This document shows, in pieces, positions 28,666 to 42,390 of a DNA stretch of 64,000 nucleotides. The position numbers were made by a program, and so were the translations under genes. Origin of the DNA: Octopus vulgaris (taxonomy: Eukaryota); NCBI GenBank assembly GCA_951406725.2, contig OX597827.1:46004001-46068000 (forward strand). Direction: 5' to 3'. Under the pieces are notes generated by a model. That model worked only from the letters and a program-made list of their open reading frames with translations, was not told the origin of the DNA and made no database searches. How positions within the stretch are numbered: position 1 is the stretch's first letter; each line of letters begins with the position of its first letter.

Positions 28666-29079
28666 GAATATACAAAAATCTTTATTGATCGCTACAGTCA
28701 TTTCGACCCCTCTAGCTTCAATCCCTCGCATGTGGGATACTGCAAAACTGATTTAGGCATATCGCTCAGTGTAGAGGTGTCTCCTTAGGTGATTTCAAGA
28801 GGTATCTCAATAAAATAAACTCTGTTTCACACAACTTATTGAAGCATGTTAACTTCTTAGGCTTCGTAGATAGAAAATCTACTGACCATATATAAATTTG
28901 TTATATACAGTAAGCTCATTATTATTGTGATTCTGAGATTTTCTTCTTCCTTCAATTTTGTTTCCATTTCTTGCTGTCTTCCCAACACCTAGGGCAAAGA
29001 GATTCACTGGTAGGCCATTAAAATAAACACACCACATTGTTCATTTACAAAATCAAATAATGTGCAAAAAAAAAAAAAA

Positions 29080-29862
29080 TCTACAACATATGTGGGAAAT
29101 TCTGTCTGTGGGTGTGTTTGTGGAGTTGTTAGCTAACTCTTCCTACATCATTTTATAGATTTTAATGAAACTTGACACATGAGTAGAACTCATGTCTGGA
29201 AACCTCAAGGCATACTCAGATTGTTGAAAAAATTGATAATAGGAACCCTGGAAGGGATCCTTATACATATCTAATATATCTTATTGTAAAAACCAAGGGA
29301 AATAACACATTGGCCCCTGAATGGGATCCTTATATATATAGACATGGGAAATAACCCATTCATTTTCCGAAATTATTTGGTAAAAATGAATTTGAGCATG
29401 CTTATTTCTTAGTATCAGAGTTATTTTCGCAATTTATCCAGTATAACCCTTAAACAAGTAAATAGAATTTTCCTAAACAATAGATCCACTTCTTTCGGTT
29501 AGTGATTTATTCACGAATATACCAACACTAGCACCACTGAGGGTAATATTCTCTTATTAGTATTTCCTCCTGTGTTCTATATACTCTCGGAATGCATTAA
29601 AGCCCTTTTCGGAGCTACTTTATTTGAATTATTACTATCAGGTAACTAATTTCAAGTTATTACATAACTGACTTCACAATTTGAGTATCCATAACTTATT
29701 GGGAATTCCTAAAAACAAGATCCTGTGTAAAACAGTTCGGTATTCTCTGGAAATGCACAAAAACCATTTTAAGGACTACATACTGGATTAGCGAAACAAT
29801 TATGAGAATGGAACCAAAGGATAAGCCCCGCTTTCCCAGGAATTACTGGGTATGTCAGCTAG
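29080..29862 (+). mobile_element. Non-autonomous Helitron
   Basis: A|TC 5' start at 29080, gattttaatgaaacttgacaca motif, 3' hairpin cccag..ctggg (29835-29850) and CTAG|T (29859-29862). Confidence 0.6.
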
Positions 29863-30209
29863 TTATTTATAAGGGAGGTTATCATTCCCACAGAAACAAT
29901 GCCCTTCTCAATGTGTGATATTCTAGTTAAAATGATCTTTTGCACCCCTTGCAAGGATGGTAAGCCAGGGAATATAATAATTTTCAGTTCTTTTCTTGAT
30001 AAATCCTAATGCTCCTACTATCACTATATTTGTAACCATCTTGAGACACCGCATTTTTTTCAATTCCCATGAACCAAATCTTTATATTTTCTGAGCCAGT
30101 CAAATTCATTTGCTGCAATATTATGATCATAAAGGATACCCAGATCAATCAATAAACAGTCTTAATGACTTTGGTCTTTTACAACCATATTATTATTGTC
30201 ATTATTATT

Positions 30210-30660
30210 AAGGCAGCAAGCTGGCAAAAATCGTTACCATGTCAGACAAAATGCTTAGCAGCATCTCTCCTGTCTTTATGTTCGAAGTTCAAATTCTACC
30301 AAGGTCGACTTTGCCTTTCATCCTTTTGGAGTTGATGAAATAAGTACCAGTTACTCACTGGGGGTCGATGTAATTGACAAGTCCCCTCTCCCAAAATTTA
30401 AGGCCCTAGCCTATAGTAGAAAAGATTATTATCGTTATTAAGGCAGCAAGCTAGCAAAACCATTACCACATCAGACAAAATGCTTAGCAGTATTTTGTCG
30501 GTCTTTACGTTCTGAGTTCAAATGCCACTGGGGTCGACTTTGCCTTTCATCCTTTCAGGGTCGCTAAACTAAGTACCAGTTACACACTGGGATCAATGAG
30601 CAATGTAATTGACTAGTCCCATCTTCCAAAATTTCAGGCCTTGTGCCTATAGTAGAAATT
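30210..30660 (+). mobile_element. Head-to-tail pair of SINE family B
   Basis: Two ~220-bp units each beginning aaggcagcaagct after (ATT)n. Confidence 0.85.
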
Positions 30661-31168
30661 ATTATTATTATTATTATTATTTATTATTATACACACACAG
30701 TTGTACATGTTCATTTGGTATCCATCCATCCGACTGTGTATGTGTGTGTGTGTTATATCTATTCATCTCAATATAAATATGTCTGGGATCCATTGATCAA
30801 TCTATTTGTGTATGCTTATACATCTATGTGATATCTTTGACCATCTATGTATGTCTGTAGTCCATCTTTCTTCCAATCAATGTACAAACAGATGTATGCA
30901 TGATATCTATGTATTCATCTATTTATTCTTTTACTGATTCCAGGCACAGAACAAAGAAGGCCATATTGGGGCACAGCTTTCAAGAGCATTTTTAATCAAT
31001 CATATTGACTCCTGTACTTATTTTAGTCTAGTACTTATTTTATCGATCTCGGTTTATTGAATGACTAAGTTATGATTATTGAGGCAACACGTTTCCATTC
31101 TGAGTAGACAAACAAGGAACGGACAAAAACACATATACAACTCCCCACCACACACACGCATGCATATA

Positions 31169-31418
31169 CATGGTTGGCCAAGAATCACATTACAGTAAAT
31201 CAAAACCATTTAAATCCAAGATTAAAACAAAAAAATTATTTTACATCAGACTTCACTAATAAATAGACAAATGTTGAAAAAAAAAAAAAAGAAAACGGGG
31301 ATTTTTAACTCACAGCATTCAATTATTAAACATTTATAACTGGAATGAATAAATAAAACTGAATATTAAGTATTTATGGAATTTTGATTTACTGTCGGGT
31401 GACTTTTGGCCAACTCTA
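31169..31418 (+). mobile_element. Tc1/mariner-type MITE
   Basis: TIRs catggttggccaagaatcacattacagtaaatcaaaa / ttttgatttactgtcgggtgacttttggccaactcta; TA on both sides. Confidence 0.75.
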
Positions 31419-31960
31419 TACAGAGCAGTTGACTAGCACAGATGTTAAGAACAAGTTGCAATATTACTTTAGTTCTCTGATGCCCGAGTTCAAATTCTGC
31501 TGAGATGTCAACGTTATCTTTCATCCTATCAGGATCAATAAAGTACCAGTGCTATGTACCTCACTCTCTCTCTTTCTCTCTCCAGTTGACACAGCCTAGA
31601 GGCTGAGAGGAAGCCTGCGTCTGTCGTGACCACATGGGCATTTTAACCCTTCAGCATTTAAACTGACCATATCGGGCCAAAATATTCTACCTGTTATAAG
31701 TTCAGACTGACCCGATCCAGCTTACTCTACAATGTAATTACTTACTCTACAAAGTAATTATCGAAATCTCAAAGCAACGAGATAATGTATGATTAATTTA
31801 AAACAGTGTGTGAATAAATAAGCATTTTATTTTACAGATACCAAGTCAGCCTCATTTCCAACACACAGACACACACATAAACACACACACACATTCATTT
31901 GATGATATGGACACCTTGGTATCATATCAACCCCCAAGCACTGATGAAAACCAAAGAAAG

Positions 31961-32365
31961 CTTTTAACACAAATGCAACTGAACAACTCAAGTAAGAGAT
32001 TTAGGGTTGGCAAAAGAGTCTGCTGAGCTCCTTGGTTCACGCCTTTATCTAAAGTAATTTTATAGCACAAGATACAATACCTTTTGCAAGTTTTTCTCAC
32101 TACATGTATATTGTAGGAAGATTTGTAGTTTCTTTGTAGGAAGTCAAGCATACAACAAAGACCATGAGTAAAGCAAACGACCATCTTGAGAAGCCCTTCA
32201 ACCTGGCTCATATAACATTGTTGCTGAATCTCTAAATCAGCACTTGCTAAAAGATTGTTGTCAACGTTTTATATAAAATTGGGCTGGTGAAAAATTTTCT
32301 CAAAGACTTGGATAAAGAAGTCCAGCATTTGGTTTTCATAATAGAAATTCCCACAAATCAGTGAC
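31961..32365 (+). pseudogene. Decayed DNA-transposon transposase, Chapaev3 (CMC)-like
   Basis: Manual translation gives VRDLGLAKESAELLGSRL and, with frameshifts, YIKLG-VKNFLKDLDKE...KFPQISD, matching motifs I recall for Chapaev3 transposases; stops, frameshifts and an internal deletion. Confidence 0.6.
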
Positions 32366-32556
32366 ATTCAATGGTATCATTGATATTTTACATGTCTCCA
32401 TAACTTGGCAGTTCAGCAAAAGAGACTAATAGAATAGGCACCAGGTTTTAAAACGTGAGTACTGGGCTTGATTCATTTGACTAAACCCTTTGATGCAATG
32501 CACCAACATTGGCGCAGTCTCAATAACTGGGGCAATTAAAAAATTATATATATATA

Positions 32557-33360
32557 CTAGACTACCCGTGATCCATTGGGTCACCAGGAAACTGATTTTC
32601 CCAGCAACAGAGTTTTGTTTCATGGGTCAGAAAGATTTGGCTGTTATTTCTTGCATGCCCTGCAACCACGAAACTGGTATTTTGGATCCTTTATTGCAAA
32701 TAGCTGTTACGTGGTAGCAGGGTGTGCTAGAAATAGTAGCCAAATCTTTGGAGGGGAGATACGTTGAATGCACTTGAAAAAAACTATTTCACCCTGAGGG
32801 CACAAACGGGTCTTTTACAAAATATCTACAGTATTTTTAAAGTCATTTTCACTTTAGGATATTTTTTTTAATATGCCAAAAAAAATTTTTGTAAAGGTTA
32901 TTCACTTGAAAATAATTTTAAAAAACATTAAAATATGGTCTGCTTAAAGAAAGCTAAAATATACTGTACAAACAGCTTGCAGCTTTGAAATCACATTCAC
33001 TTTAAAATATTTGTAAATGATTAAAATATTGTGTTTAACAAAAGCGTAAATAGAAATTGTAAAAAAAAATCATTATTTTTTCGTTGTCAACTCACTGTCT
33101 AATAGAGAGACAAGTTTCTTCCCTTTCAGAATGAAGATTATTTTCAGAACATTTTCCCATTATGCACCGTTTTGGGTATTTATACCCTAAAAATCTTTAA
33201 TATCTTGAAACTACCAATTTATGCAAAACTTGTTTCATTCGATTTGTATTAACATTTCAAGTTAAACTTAATTCATGGTATTTATCCATCATGCACCAAA
33301 TTCGCTGAGTAACATTACAAGCAAGCAAGCAAGAATGAAACTGACTTTTAATACATTGTA
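32557..33360 (-). mobile_element. Probable Helitron remnant interrupted by a SINE fragment
   Basis: Minus-strand end acccaatggatcacgggt hairpin plus CTAG|T at 32557-32560; (CAAG)n and tgacttttaata at the far end. Confidence 0.35.
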
Positions 33361-33629
33361 TTATCCTCTCAAATTACACCAAAATCTCAGGCAATAACAA
33401 ATAATATCGTATTTATTGTCTGTGAAAATTATAGAATATAAAACAACTTTGATAAAAAATTATATATCTACTTTTCTGACGAAAACAATGCCGTTCTGAA
33501 CATTTTGGCCGCCACTGTATATATAAAGTTAATCCAAACATGAAAACACAAAGAGAAAACACAACAACACGAGGATGTGGAACAAGTATAGTATTATTGG
33601 AAGCTCAGGAAGGAAAGTAAGAAGAAAGA

Positions 33630-33662
33630 TTTAACGTTTTGAGCGGAGCTCTTCGTCAGAAA
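33630..33662 (-). ncRNA. Decayed minimal hammerhead in a Penelope-like terminal fragment (33520-33740)
   Basis: ttt-CUGACGA-a gagc tcc gctc-AAAA-cg-UU-aaa; G12>A at a CpG. Confidence 0.6.
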
Positions 33663-34640
33663 CATAGAAAAAGGAAAGATCCGAGGAAGGGAAAACAGAG
33701 GAAAAAAAAATCGCCAACGATACACATGTGGTCACGTAGTATATATATATACATACACACACATATATGTATATATAGATATATATATATATATATGTGT
33801 ATATATATATATATACACTCACACACATATGTATATATAGATATATATATATATATGGGTATATATATATATATACATACACATATATATATATATATGT
33901 ATGTGTATATATATATATATACACACACACATATATATATATGTGTGTGTGTGTGTATATATATACCCACACATACAGTTATCAGTGCACGCATATCTAT
34001 CTAATCATCTACACAGCTGTATATGTTCAACATAGAGCTATCAATCTTTGTGTGAGTGTGCGTATAGGCATGTATGTATGTCAACAGGATATCGATCTGT
34101 CCACTATAGTACATCAATTGTCATCTGGCAATCCATCTATCTTTCACTACAGAATAAGCAAATAAAACTGCATGAGACGAACGACAGCTGTTAAGTCATT
34201 AAACCTAATTATGTGAATTTCCTTGAGATAGCTAATTCAGAAACAGACCAATCATGTTGGGCTGTCAAGTTGAACAGATTTCAGAAGTCCTTGGGGCGTT
34301 GATATGCAAATGTTTGGAAAGCATTGTTATGTTTTTGTATCATATAAATACACACACACACATGTATATATATATTTTATGTATGTATATGGTGAGGTAT
34401 GTGGCCTAGTGGTTAGGATGTTGCACTCATAACAGTTTCAATTCCTGGACCGAGTGATACGCTGTTTTTGAGCAAAACACTTCATTTCACATTGCTCCAG
34501 TTCAAAAATTAGTAATTCTGAAACAGACCAGCGCCATATCCAGTGGTGTTGGGGTTTAATATGCCACCCAGAATCCAAGAAATCACCCTTATGAGCCCAT
34601 GGCTAGAGGACTTTTGATACTTTTCCTTTGCATATATATA

Positions 34641-34868
34641 TTTCTTTACTACCCACATGGGGCTAAACACAGAGGGGACAAACAAGGACAGACAAACGGA
34701 TCAAGTCGATTACATCGACCCCAGTGCGTAACTGGTACTTAATTTATCGACCCCGAAAGGATGAAAGGCAAAGTCGACCTCGGCGGAATTTGAACTCAGA
34801 ACGTAAAGGCAGGCGAAATACGGCTACGCATTTCGCCCGGCGTGCTAACGTCTCTGCCAGCTCGCCTT
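34641..34868 (-). mobile_element. Young SINE family B copy
   Basis: CpG-intact; gaaaggatgaaaggcaaagtcgacctcggcggaatttgaactc. Confidence 0.9.
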
Positions 34869-34928
34869 TGTATATATATCTGTGTGTGTGTGCCTGTATA
34901 CATATATATATATATAATGAGGGAGGCT

Positions 34929-35001
34929 GGTTTATGGGGTTACCCTGGATTTCCCATCCATAAGGGGTTTGGCCTTACGGCATATCATCAGACCCCAAAC
35001 C
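34929..35001 (-). ncRNA. Type I hammerhead ribozyme, canonical core, in a ~300-bp element (34918-35220) between TA tracts
   Basis: tggggt-CUGAUGA-stem II ccgtaagg/ccttatgg-GAAA-tccaggg-UA-acccca, with extension ggttt/aaacc; predicted cleavage between 34941 and 34940. Confidence 0.75.
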
Positions 35002-35440
35002 TGTTGGCCTAAGACATCTTCAAAATATGGAAGGGGGGGAAATGCTTTGCTATAAAGGTAAACAATAGATGGTTATCTCCCTTTGCCATTGGCCATCGAG
35101 TTCTGGCCGTGCCCCCCTTTTGCAGTCACCAAAGATCATGAAGGTAATTAATTGTCTCTCTTCAGCCTTGGCTATTGGCTTCCAGCTGTGCCATCACCTT
35201 GTGGATTCCAAAACGGTACATATATATAGTCAAGTCAAAGAACAAACAATTAAAATAAAAACGAGAAAAAAAAAAAGAAAAAACATGAGGATATACACAA
35301 GCAATATAATATCTTGAAGTTTCAGTGAAAGGAGAGAGTTGTTAGAGTTTCAAGCATAGCTCTTCATCGGAAAGAGGAAAAGAGTAAAGAAAAAGAAGGA
35401 AAAATAAGAAAAAAAAATCAGGAAAAATATATATATATAT

Positions 35441-35843
35441 GTGCAGGAGTGGCTGTGTGGTAAGTCACTTGCTTACCAGCCACATGGTCCCAGGTTCAGT
35501 CCCGCTAAATGGCACCGTGGGCAAGTGTCTTCTACTATAGCATCGGGCCAATCACAGCTTTGTGAGTGGATTTGGTAGACGGAAACTGAAAGAAGCCCGT
35601 CATATGTATATGTATATATATGTGTGTGTGTGTTTGTGTATTTGTGTTTGTCCCCCCAACATCGCTTGACAACCGATGCTGGTGTGTTTATGTCCCCGTA
35701 AATTAGCAGTTCAGCAAAAGAGACCGATAGAATAAGTACTAGGCTTGCAGAGAATAAGTCCTGGGGTTGATTTGCTCGACTAAAGGTGGTGCTCCAGCAT
35801 GGCTGCAGTCAAATGACTGAAACAAGTAAAAGAGTAAAAGAGT
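35441..35843 (+). mobile_element. Full-length SINE family A
   Basis: Matches 63557-63960. Confidence 0.9.
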
Positions 35844-37545
35844 ATATTATATAAAATCTGCATATGCATACAAATATGTGTGTGTGTGTGTATTGTATAT
35901 ATTATGTATGTAGATTCATAATGATCTGTGTGCTTGTATTTATTATGCATGCCAGTAGACATAATGGTATGTGTGCAAGATCATTGTGTATATATGAGCA
36001 TATACACCTGCTCAATTTTGAAAGGCAATTTGACAGATAGGATATGGAGCATTACAGGAATGTAAAAACTACATCATAACTCTTTAGATTGCTGAGAGTT
36101 TCTGCAAAATTTAACTTGAAATAATGCTTTCTAATGTTTGATAAAAAAATGCTCAACATACCACATACATAAATAAATAAATAAATAAGTAAATAAATAA
36201 ATAAATAGACAGACAGACAGACAGATAGATAGATATCACCCTCCTTTCTTTTCCAACTGGAGTATCCATGTATCTACTCTGCAGCAAGACATCTATCACT
36301 CTATACCTTTAATCTGGCACAAAGTCACCCCAACCACCTCAATACTACTCTCCAGCTGAGGGGATTTTGTCTAACAGATTACTTGGTAACCCTGTTGATG
36401 CTGGTGTCACATACAAACCACTGGTGCCTCGTAAAAATCACCTAGTACATTCTGTAAGATGGTTGGTATTGGAAAGGGCATCCAGTAGTATAAACCATGC
36501 AAAAACAGATGATGGAGAGCGGTGCAGTTCATGGCCTTATAAAAACCATGCTAAAACCAACAACAGAAGCCTGGTCCAGCTCTCTGGCTTGCCAGCTCCT
36601 TTCAAACTGTCCAACTCATGCCATCATGGAAAATGGGTGTTAAATGATGATGATGTGTGCGTATGTGTGCGTATACATGCTTCAATACACACACATACAT
36701 ACATTCATACACATCACATACACACACATACATGCTTTCATACAAACATGCATACATTTTCATACACACACATACATACATGCTTTCATACATACATACA
36801 TGCTTTCATACATACACACATACATGCTTTCATACATACACACATACATGCTTTCATACAAACATACATACATTTTCATACACACACATACATATATGCT
36901 TTCATACAAATACATACATGCTTTCATACTAATTACATACATGCTTTCACACACACATACACACATACATACATACATGCTTTTGTACACACATACATAC
37001 ATACATAGATACATACACACACAGAGTTTCTCACACACAAATAACACGCATTATATACATCCGCACTCAAAAAAAACAAACTCATTTATTATACGTGCAT
37101 GTGTATGTTTGTGCGTGTGTGTCAGCACGTGTTGTGTTATAGGCTTTGAAATGTTTGCATTTCGAATGTCTATGCAATGAAATCTTATTTAAGAGCTTCG
37201 AAATGTGTGTGTGTATGTGTGTGGTTGTGTGTGAGTGTGTGTGTGGTTGTGTGTGTGTGTGTGTGCATGAATGTGTATTCCAATTCAGAGCAGTGACATA
37301 AAACTAAACTGCAAATATAACAATCGACCAAGGAACCAATGGCGATCTATAAACTAATTGATTAGCTTTCATAGCGAGCTAGTTATCTGAACAAACATAT
37401 ATAATTGTGTGCATGTGTGTGTGTGTGAGTGGGAACACGTGTGGGCACATAATATTTACATACTTACAAATACACAAATATTCATACAAATATAATACAC
37501 ATACAGTACATATATTATATATATGTATATATATATATATATATA

Positions 37546-37924
37546 GGCACAGGAGTGGCTGTGTGGTAAGTAGCTTATTTACCAACCACATGGTGTTGGG
37601 TTCAGTCCCACTACGTGGCACCTTGGGCAAGTGTCTTCCACTATAGCCTTGGGCCAACCAAAGCCTTGTGAGTGGATTTGGTAGACGGAAACTGAAAGAA
37701 GCCCATCATGTGTGTGTGTGTGTGTGTGTGCTTTTGTCCCCACCACAATTGCTTGACAGCCATTGTTGGTGTGTTTACGTCCCCATAGCTTAGTAGTTCG
37801 ACAAAAGAGACCGATAGAATAAGTACTAGGCTTACAAAGAATAAATCCTGGATGTCGATTTGTTCGACTAAAGGCAGTGCTCCAGCATGGCCACAGTCAA
37901 ATGACTGAAACAAATAAAAGAATA
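37546..37924 (+). mobile_element. Full-length SINE family A
   Basis: A/B boxes, ccttgggcaagt CORE-like motif, tail. Confidence 0.9.
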
Positions 37925-40057
37925 GTGCTCATTTACAACTATATCAAGTATAAATAATGTATGTTTGAGAAAGTGCATGTGTGTGTGTATATGTACATAC
38001 ATGTTTATATATATATACATATACACTCACAAACACAAAATACATACATGTGCAACTATACATTACACAACAAACAGAAAACCGAAACTCAAAACATAAA
38101 TAAATCTGCATGTTTACAATCGTACACATATACATACAAACATGCATACATATACATACATACATACATGTACACAATCACACACACGTGCACACACATA
38201 ATCAAGAACAAACATTCAGAGAAGGGAGGGGAGCGGGAGGAGAGAGGGAAGGACGAACGCATTTCTAATTTTCAAAATCAATATCAAAATAACTCAAATC
38301 CGCCGCCACCACCGCTTCCACCACCCCAACCCCCACCCACAGACACAATCCAACAGCCCCCACTCCCCCCACCTCCACCCTCACCACCACTCGACAGGAT
38401 TAAACGAAACCCAGATTCAAACAGATGGTTCTGGCATGTAGTTTTAAGATCGTTACAGAATGGCATCCCAACGCAATACAATTAAATATTGGATATTTGG
38501 GATTTTTTTTTTATTTTCCATTTATTTCTTTTTTTTCCCCTGTTTTCACTTATTTATTTTTAAATTTTTTTTGCATCCAAAGACCAAGAAGAAATTCAGA
38601 CAAGATGGTACCTCTATGGTATGGTGCGCCAGTATTCTCGTGCTGAGTACTGTCTCAGATATTCTGGGCAACCACATGTCTCTTCCTCTCATTACCCATT
38701 TTACCACAGTCCACATATTGTCCCCTACCCCTGCACTAGGAACTTACCATCAATCTAATTCTTTCAAGAGTCATCTCATTGACACTCCCTCCATGACCAT
38801 CATGTTTTTGCTGTAGCTGATGTCCTTGTTGTTGTTTAGCAACAATGAGAGCAGACTAAGTAGATTCGTGATCTATAAACACTTATTGATGTTTAGCACA
38901 TCTACATACATCAGGATGTATATACAGGCCTATACAGGCACAGGTGTTGCTATGGGTGCAGGAGTGGTGGTAAGCATGAGTGTGGCTGCATGGTAAAAAG
39001 CTTGCTTTCAGCAACATGGTTTTGGGTTCAGTCCTACAGGGTGGCATCATGGGCAAGTGTCTTCTAGTTTGGTCCTGGGCTGACCAAAGCCTTGTGAGTA
39101 GATCTCACCACCCACAATCATTTTCTATAATTGCATAACTAAGACTATATCAAGTAGTTGAGACTCCTGCCACTTCCTTTTCAAGAGGGTAGAGTATAAT
39201 TTGAGGGAGGCTTGGCTGCTATTTCTAACACATGAAGCAACATATGTAAGTTTCAATGTTGGCTTGTTCCTGTCCAGGATTGTGGGTTTTTGGTTTTTTT
39301 TTTTCCTGAAGACTGACTTGACCATATTTCTGGTGCAAGACACTGGCTTTGTTTGAATTAATTTTCAAAAACAATACAGAATTTAGTAAAACAGGATATT
39401 TGGAACATAAGGGTTAATCTAAACAGCCATTTTCCTATTCTCACCAGACTCAGAGGTACTGCAATGGTCAGGAACACTTCCTAACCAAAGTGAGTCTGTG
39501 TTTGTCCCCCCAACATCGCTTGACAACCAATGCTGGTGTGTTTACGTTCCCGTAGCATAGTGGTTCGGCAAAAGAGGCTGATAGAAAAAGTACTAGGATT
39601 ACAAAGAATAAGTCCTGGGGTCGATTTGCTTGACTAAAGGCGGTGCTCCAGCATGGCCGCAGTCAAATGACTGAAACAAGTAAAAGAGTAAAAGAGAGAG
39701 AGAGAGTATCAACTGAATAACCTAATCCTAGATACCCTTAAAAGGGTAACATGGTCCCAGCTGGAACATCTCTGATCATAGGTCTATTTGATCAGGACTG
39801 ACCCAGGGTTAAACAACAACTCCGCAACCTGCACTTCCAGGAGGTAGTGGAAGAGATTAAGGTACAGATAATGTAGCTGGCTTCTTTAACCCTTATAAAA
39901 CAACTGAACCACCAACAAATTAGCCCCCATCATTTACATTCAATAGAGGTCAAACTGAATTTTTTTCAAAAATGCTTATACTTTCCTTTGGCAACTGAAA
40001 CTTGGATCAGACATTGTTTAACAGAATTCTAAACAACATCGTGTGTGTGTGTGTGTG

Positions 40058-40330
40058 TGTAGTGGTTAGGGTACAGTTGTGAGTTCAATTCCAAACAGTG
40101 CGTTGTGTCATATTTCAGCCCACTCAGCTGGCAAAAATGAGTGATACCTGTAATTCAAAGGGCCGGCCTCGTCTGATTCTGAATCATGCTCAATCTCCCT
40201 GAGGACTACATTAAGGTTACAGGGTATACATGTCTGCAGAGTGCTCAGCCACTTCACATTAATTTCACAAGTAGGCTGTTCCATTGATCAGATCGACTTG
40301 AACTCCTGTCATCATAACTGACAGAGCACC
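40058..40330 (+). mobile_element. tRNA-derived SINE family E
   Basis: gtggttaggg..gagttcaattcc..cactcagctggcaaaaatgag..tcaaagggcc; also at 34400-34520 and 50110-50288 (-). Confidence 0.6.
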
Positions 40331-40339
40331 ATCAGCATC

Positions 40340-40675
40340 ATCATCATCATTTAACGTCCACTTTCCATGCTAGCATGGGTTGGACGATTTCACTGAGGAC
40401 TGGTGAACCAGATGGCTGTACCAGGCTCCAATCTTGATCTGGCAGAGTTTCTACAGCTGGATGTTCTTCCTAATGCCAACCACTCTGAGAGTGTAGTGGG
40501 TACTTTTACATGCCACCGGCACGAGGGCCAGTCTGGCGGTACTGGCAACGGCCACACTCAAATGGTGTTTTTTACATGCCACCTGCACAGGAGTCAGTCC
40601 AGCGGCACCGGCAATGACCTCACTCGAATGTTTTGTTCACATGTCACCAGCACAAGTGCCAGAAAGGCGACGCTG
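40340..40675 (-). mobile_element. SINE-like family C copy
   Basis: (CAT)n end, ttaacgtccactttccatgctagc, internal repeats. Confidence 0.8.
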
Positions 40676-40680
40676 TGAAA

Positions 40681-40721
<41 letters not shown>

Positions 40722-41144
40722 TTTATCTCCATATATATATTATATATATATTATATACATATATAGATATATATATAGCTCCACTCCCTCAATTTGGATT
40801 TTTATTCGCATTTATAGCAACACTAGTTGATAACCATGAACTATCAAAAAATATTTTTCTGCTTATTGAACTTCAGTATGGGAGACACCTACTTTAGATG
40901 TCAATAAACTATTATTGTTCTTCAAAGTTGTTTTGTGTAAATTTGAGGTGTATGAACATTGTTCACTGCAAGCATTGCTGCTACTGTTGTTGTTGTCACT
41001 TCCATCATCAAATCACCTGCTCACTTCACACAGTTAATGACGCGTGAAATTAGAGATCCCTTACTCAAAAAAACTGGTATGGGTTAGTAACAGGAAAGGC
41101 ACCCGGATGTTATAACAATGCCTCAATAATAGATTCATCTAATC

Positions 41145-41400
41145 CAGTGATTCTTAACTATTTCTTTTTTTACCTGTGGATCCCTTTGATTCCTATTTTG
41201 CTCAGGTGGACCCACATAGTCATTCAAGATTTAAAAAATCCTACATTTTTAACACTAAATATTATTAGGAATTGTATAGAAAAATTGTTAAACTATTTTG
41301 TGTATTTTAGAAGTATAACCAATTCATTGCACATAAGCCTTAACAGCAAAACCTTATATGGACCCCCAAAGGTCATATGGACCCTGGTTGAAAACCACTT
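41145..41400 (+). mobile_element. hAT-type MITE nested in an old SINE
   Basis: TIRs cagtgattcttaac / gttgaaaaccact; imperfect TSD atctaatc / gtctaacc; homologous to 19887-20119. Confidence 0.75.
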
Positions 41401-41759
41401 GTCTAACCTATGTTAGCCTGGGGGAAAAAACTGGATGTACAAACAAACAATCCTTATTCTGTAAGTATCAGGCAAAAATGGTTGTTTTCTTTCAGATAGA
41501 TATATCAACAGGCTTTGTCTCCAAAGGTTTTAAAAAAATTATAATTATGATAGTAACAATAAACTACCACTTGTAATCATTTATAACTCTTGGTCCTAGG
41601 AATGTAAGCATATCACAAGGCACTTTGCATTTTTATCGACATAGAGGAGTTAAAAATACAACCCTGGATCATTTTAAGCTTAAAACACCAACAGTATCAT
41701 CACCATCACCACCACCCTGGCTACCTCACCACCACCGCAGCAATTTGGTTGGAAGAGCA

Positions 41760-42138
41760 CAAGTATCAGCACTAGACTGGTACTTTTTCATTTAATCAAC
41801 CCTGAAAGCATGAAGTTGAGATTGGTGGAATTTGAACTCAGAACATAGATTGCCAGAAGCAATGTTACAATGCCATTAAATATTTAGTCCAAAACACTAA
41901 CGATCCAAACAGCACACTGTCTTAATAATAATAATTTTGGCATAAGGCCAGCAAGTTCAGGGAGGGGATAAATTGATAACACTGACCCCAGGATTCAACT
42001 GGTACTTATTTTATCAATCCCAAAAGGATGAAAGATAAAGTTGACCTCACCAGAATTTGAACTTGGAACACAAAAAGGCAGATGAAAGGCCATTAAGTAT
42101 TTCGCCTGGTGTGCTAACAATTCTGCCAGCTCACTGTC

Positions 42139-42180
<42 letters not shown>

Positions 42181-42390
42181 GTTTCCAATTTTTCCACAAG
42201 GGCAGCAATTTTGAGGGGGGGATGTGTCGATTACATTGACCCCAGTATTCAACTGGTACTTAATTTATTGACCCCAAAAGGATGAAAGGCAAAGTCAGCC
42301 TTGGCAGAATTTGAACTCAGAACGTAGCAACAGGCGAAATACTTCTAAGCATTTCATCCTGCATACTAACGATTCTGCCAGCTCGCCATC
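41760..42390 (-). mobile_element. Three tandem SINE family B copies separated by (AAT)n
   Basis: Repeated ctggtactt..atcaaccc..aaggatgaaag..gaatttgaactc. Confidence 0.8.

Noticed and set aside
38300-38390. Poly-Pro ORF segment (37961-38485)
   Set aside because: C-rich low-complexity sequence fused to microsatellite translation; no exon evidence
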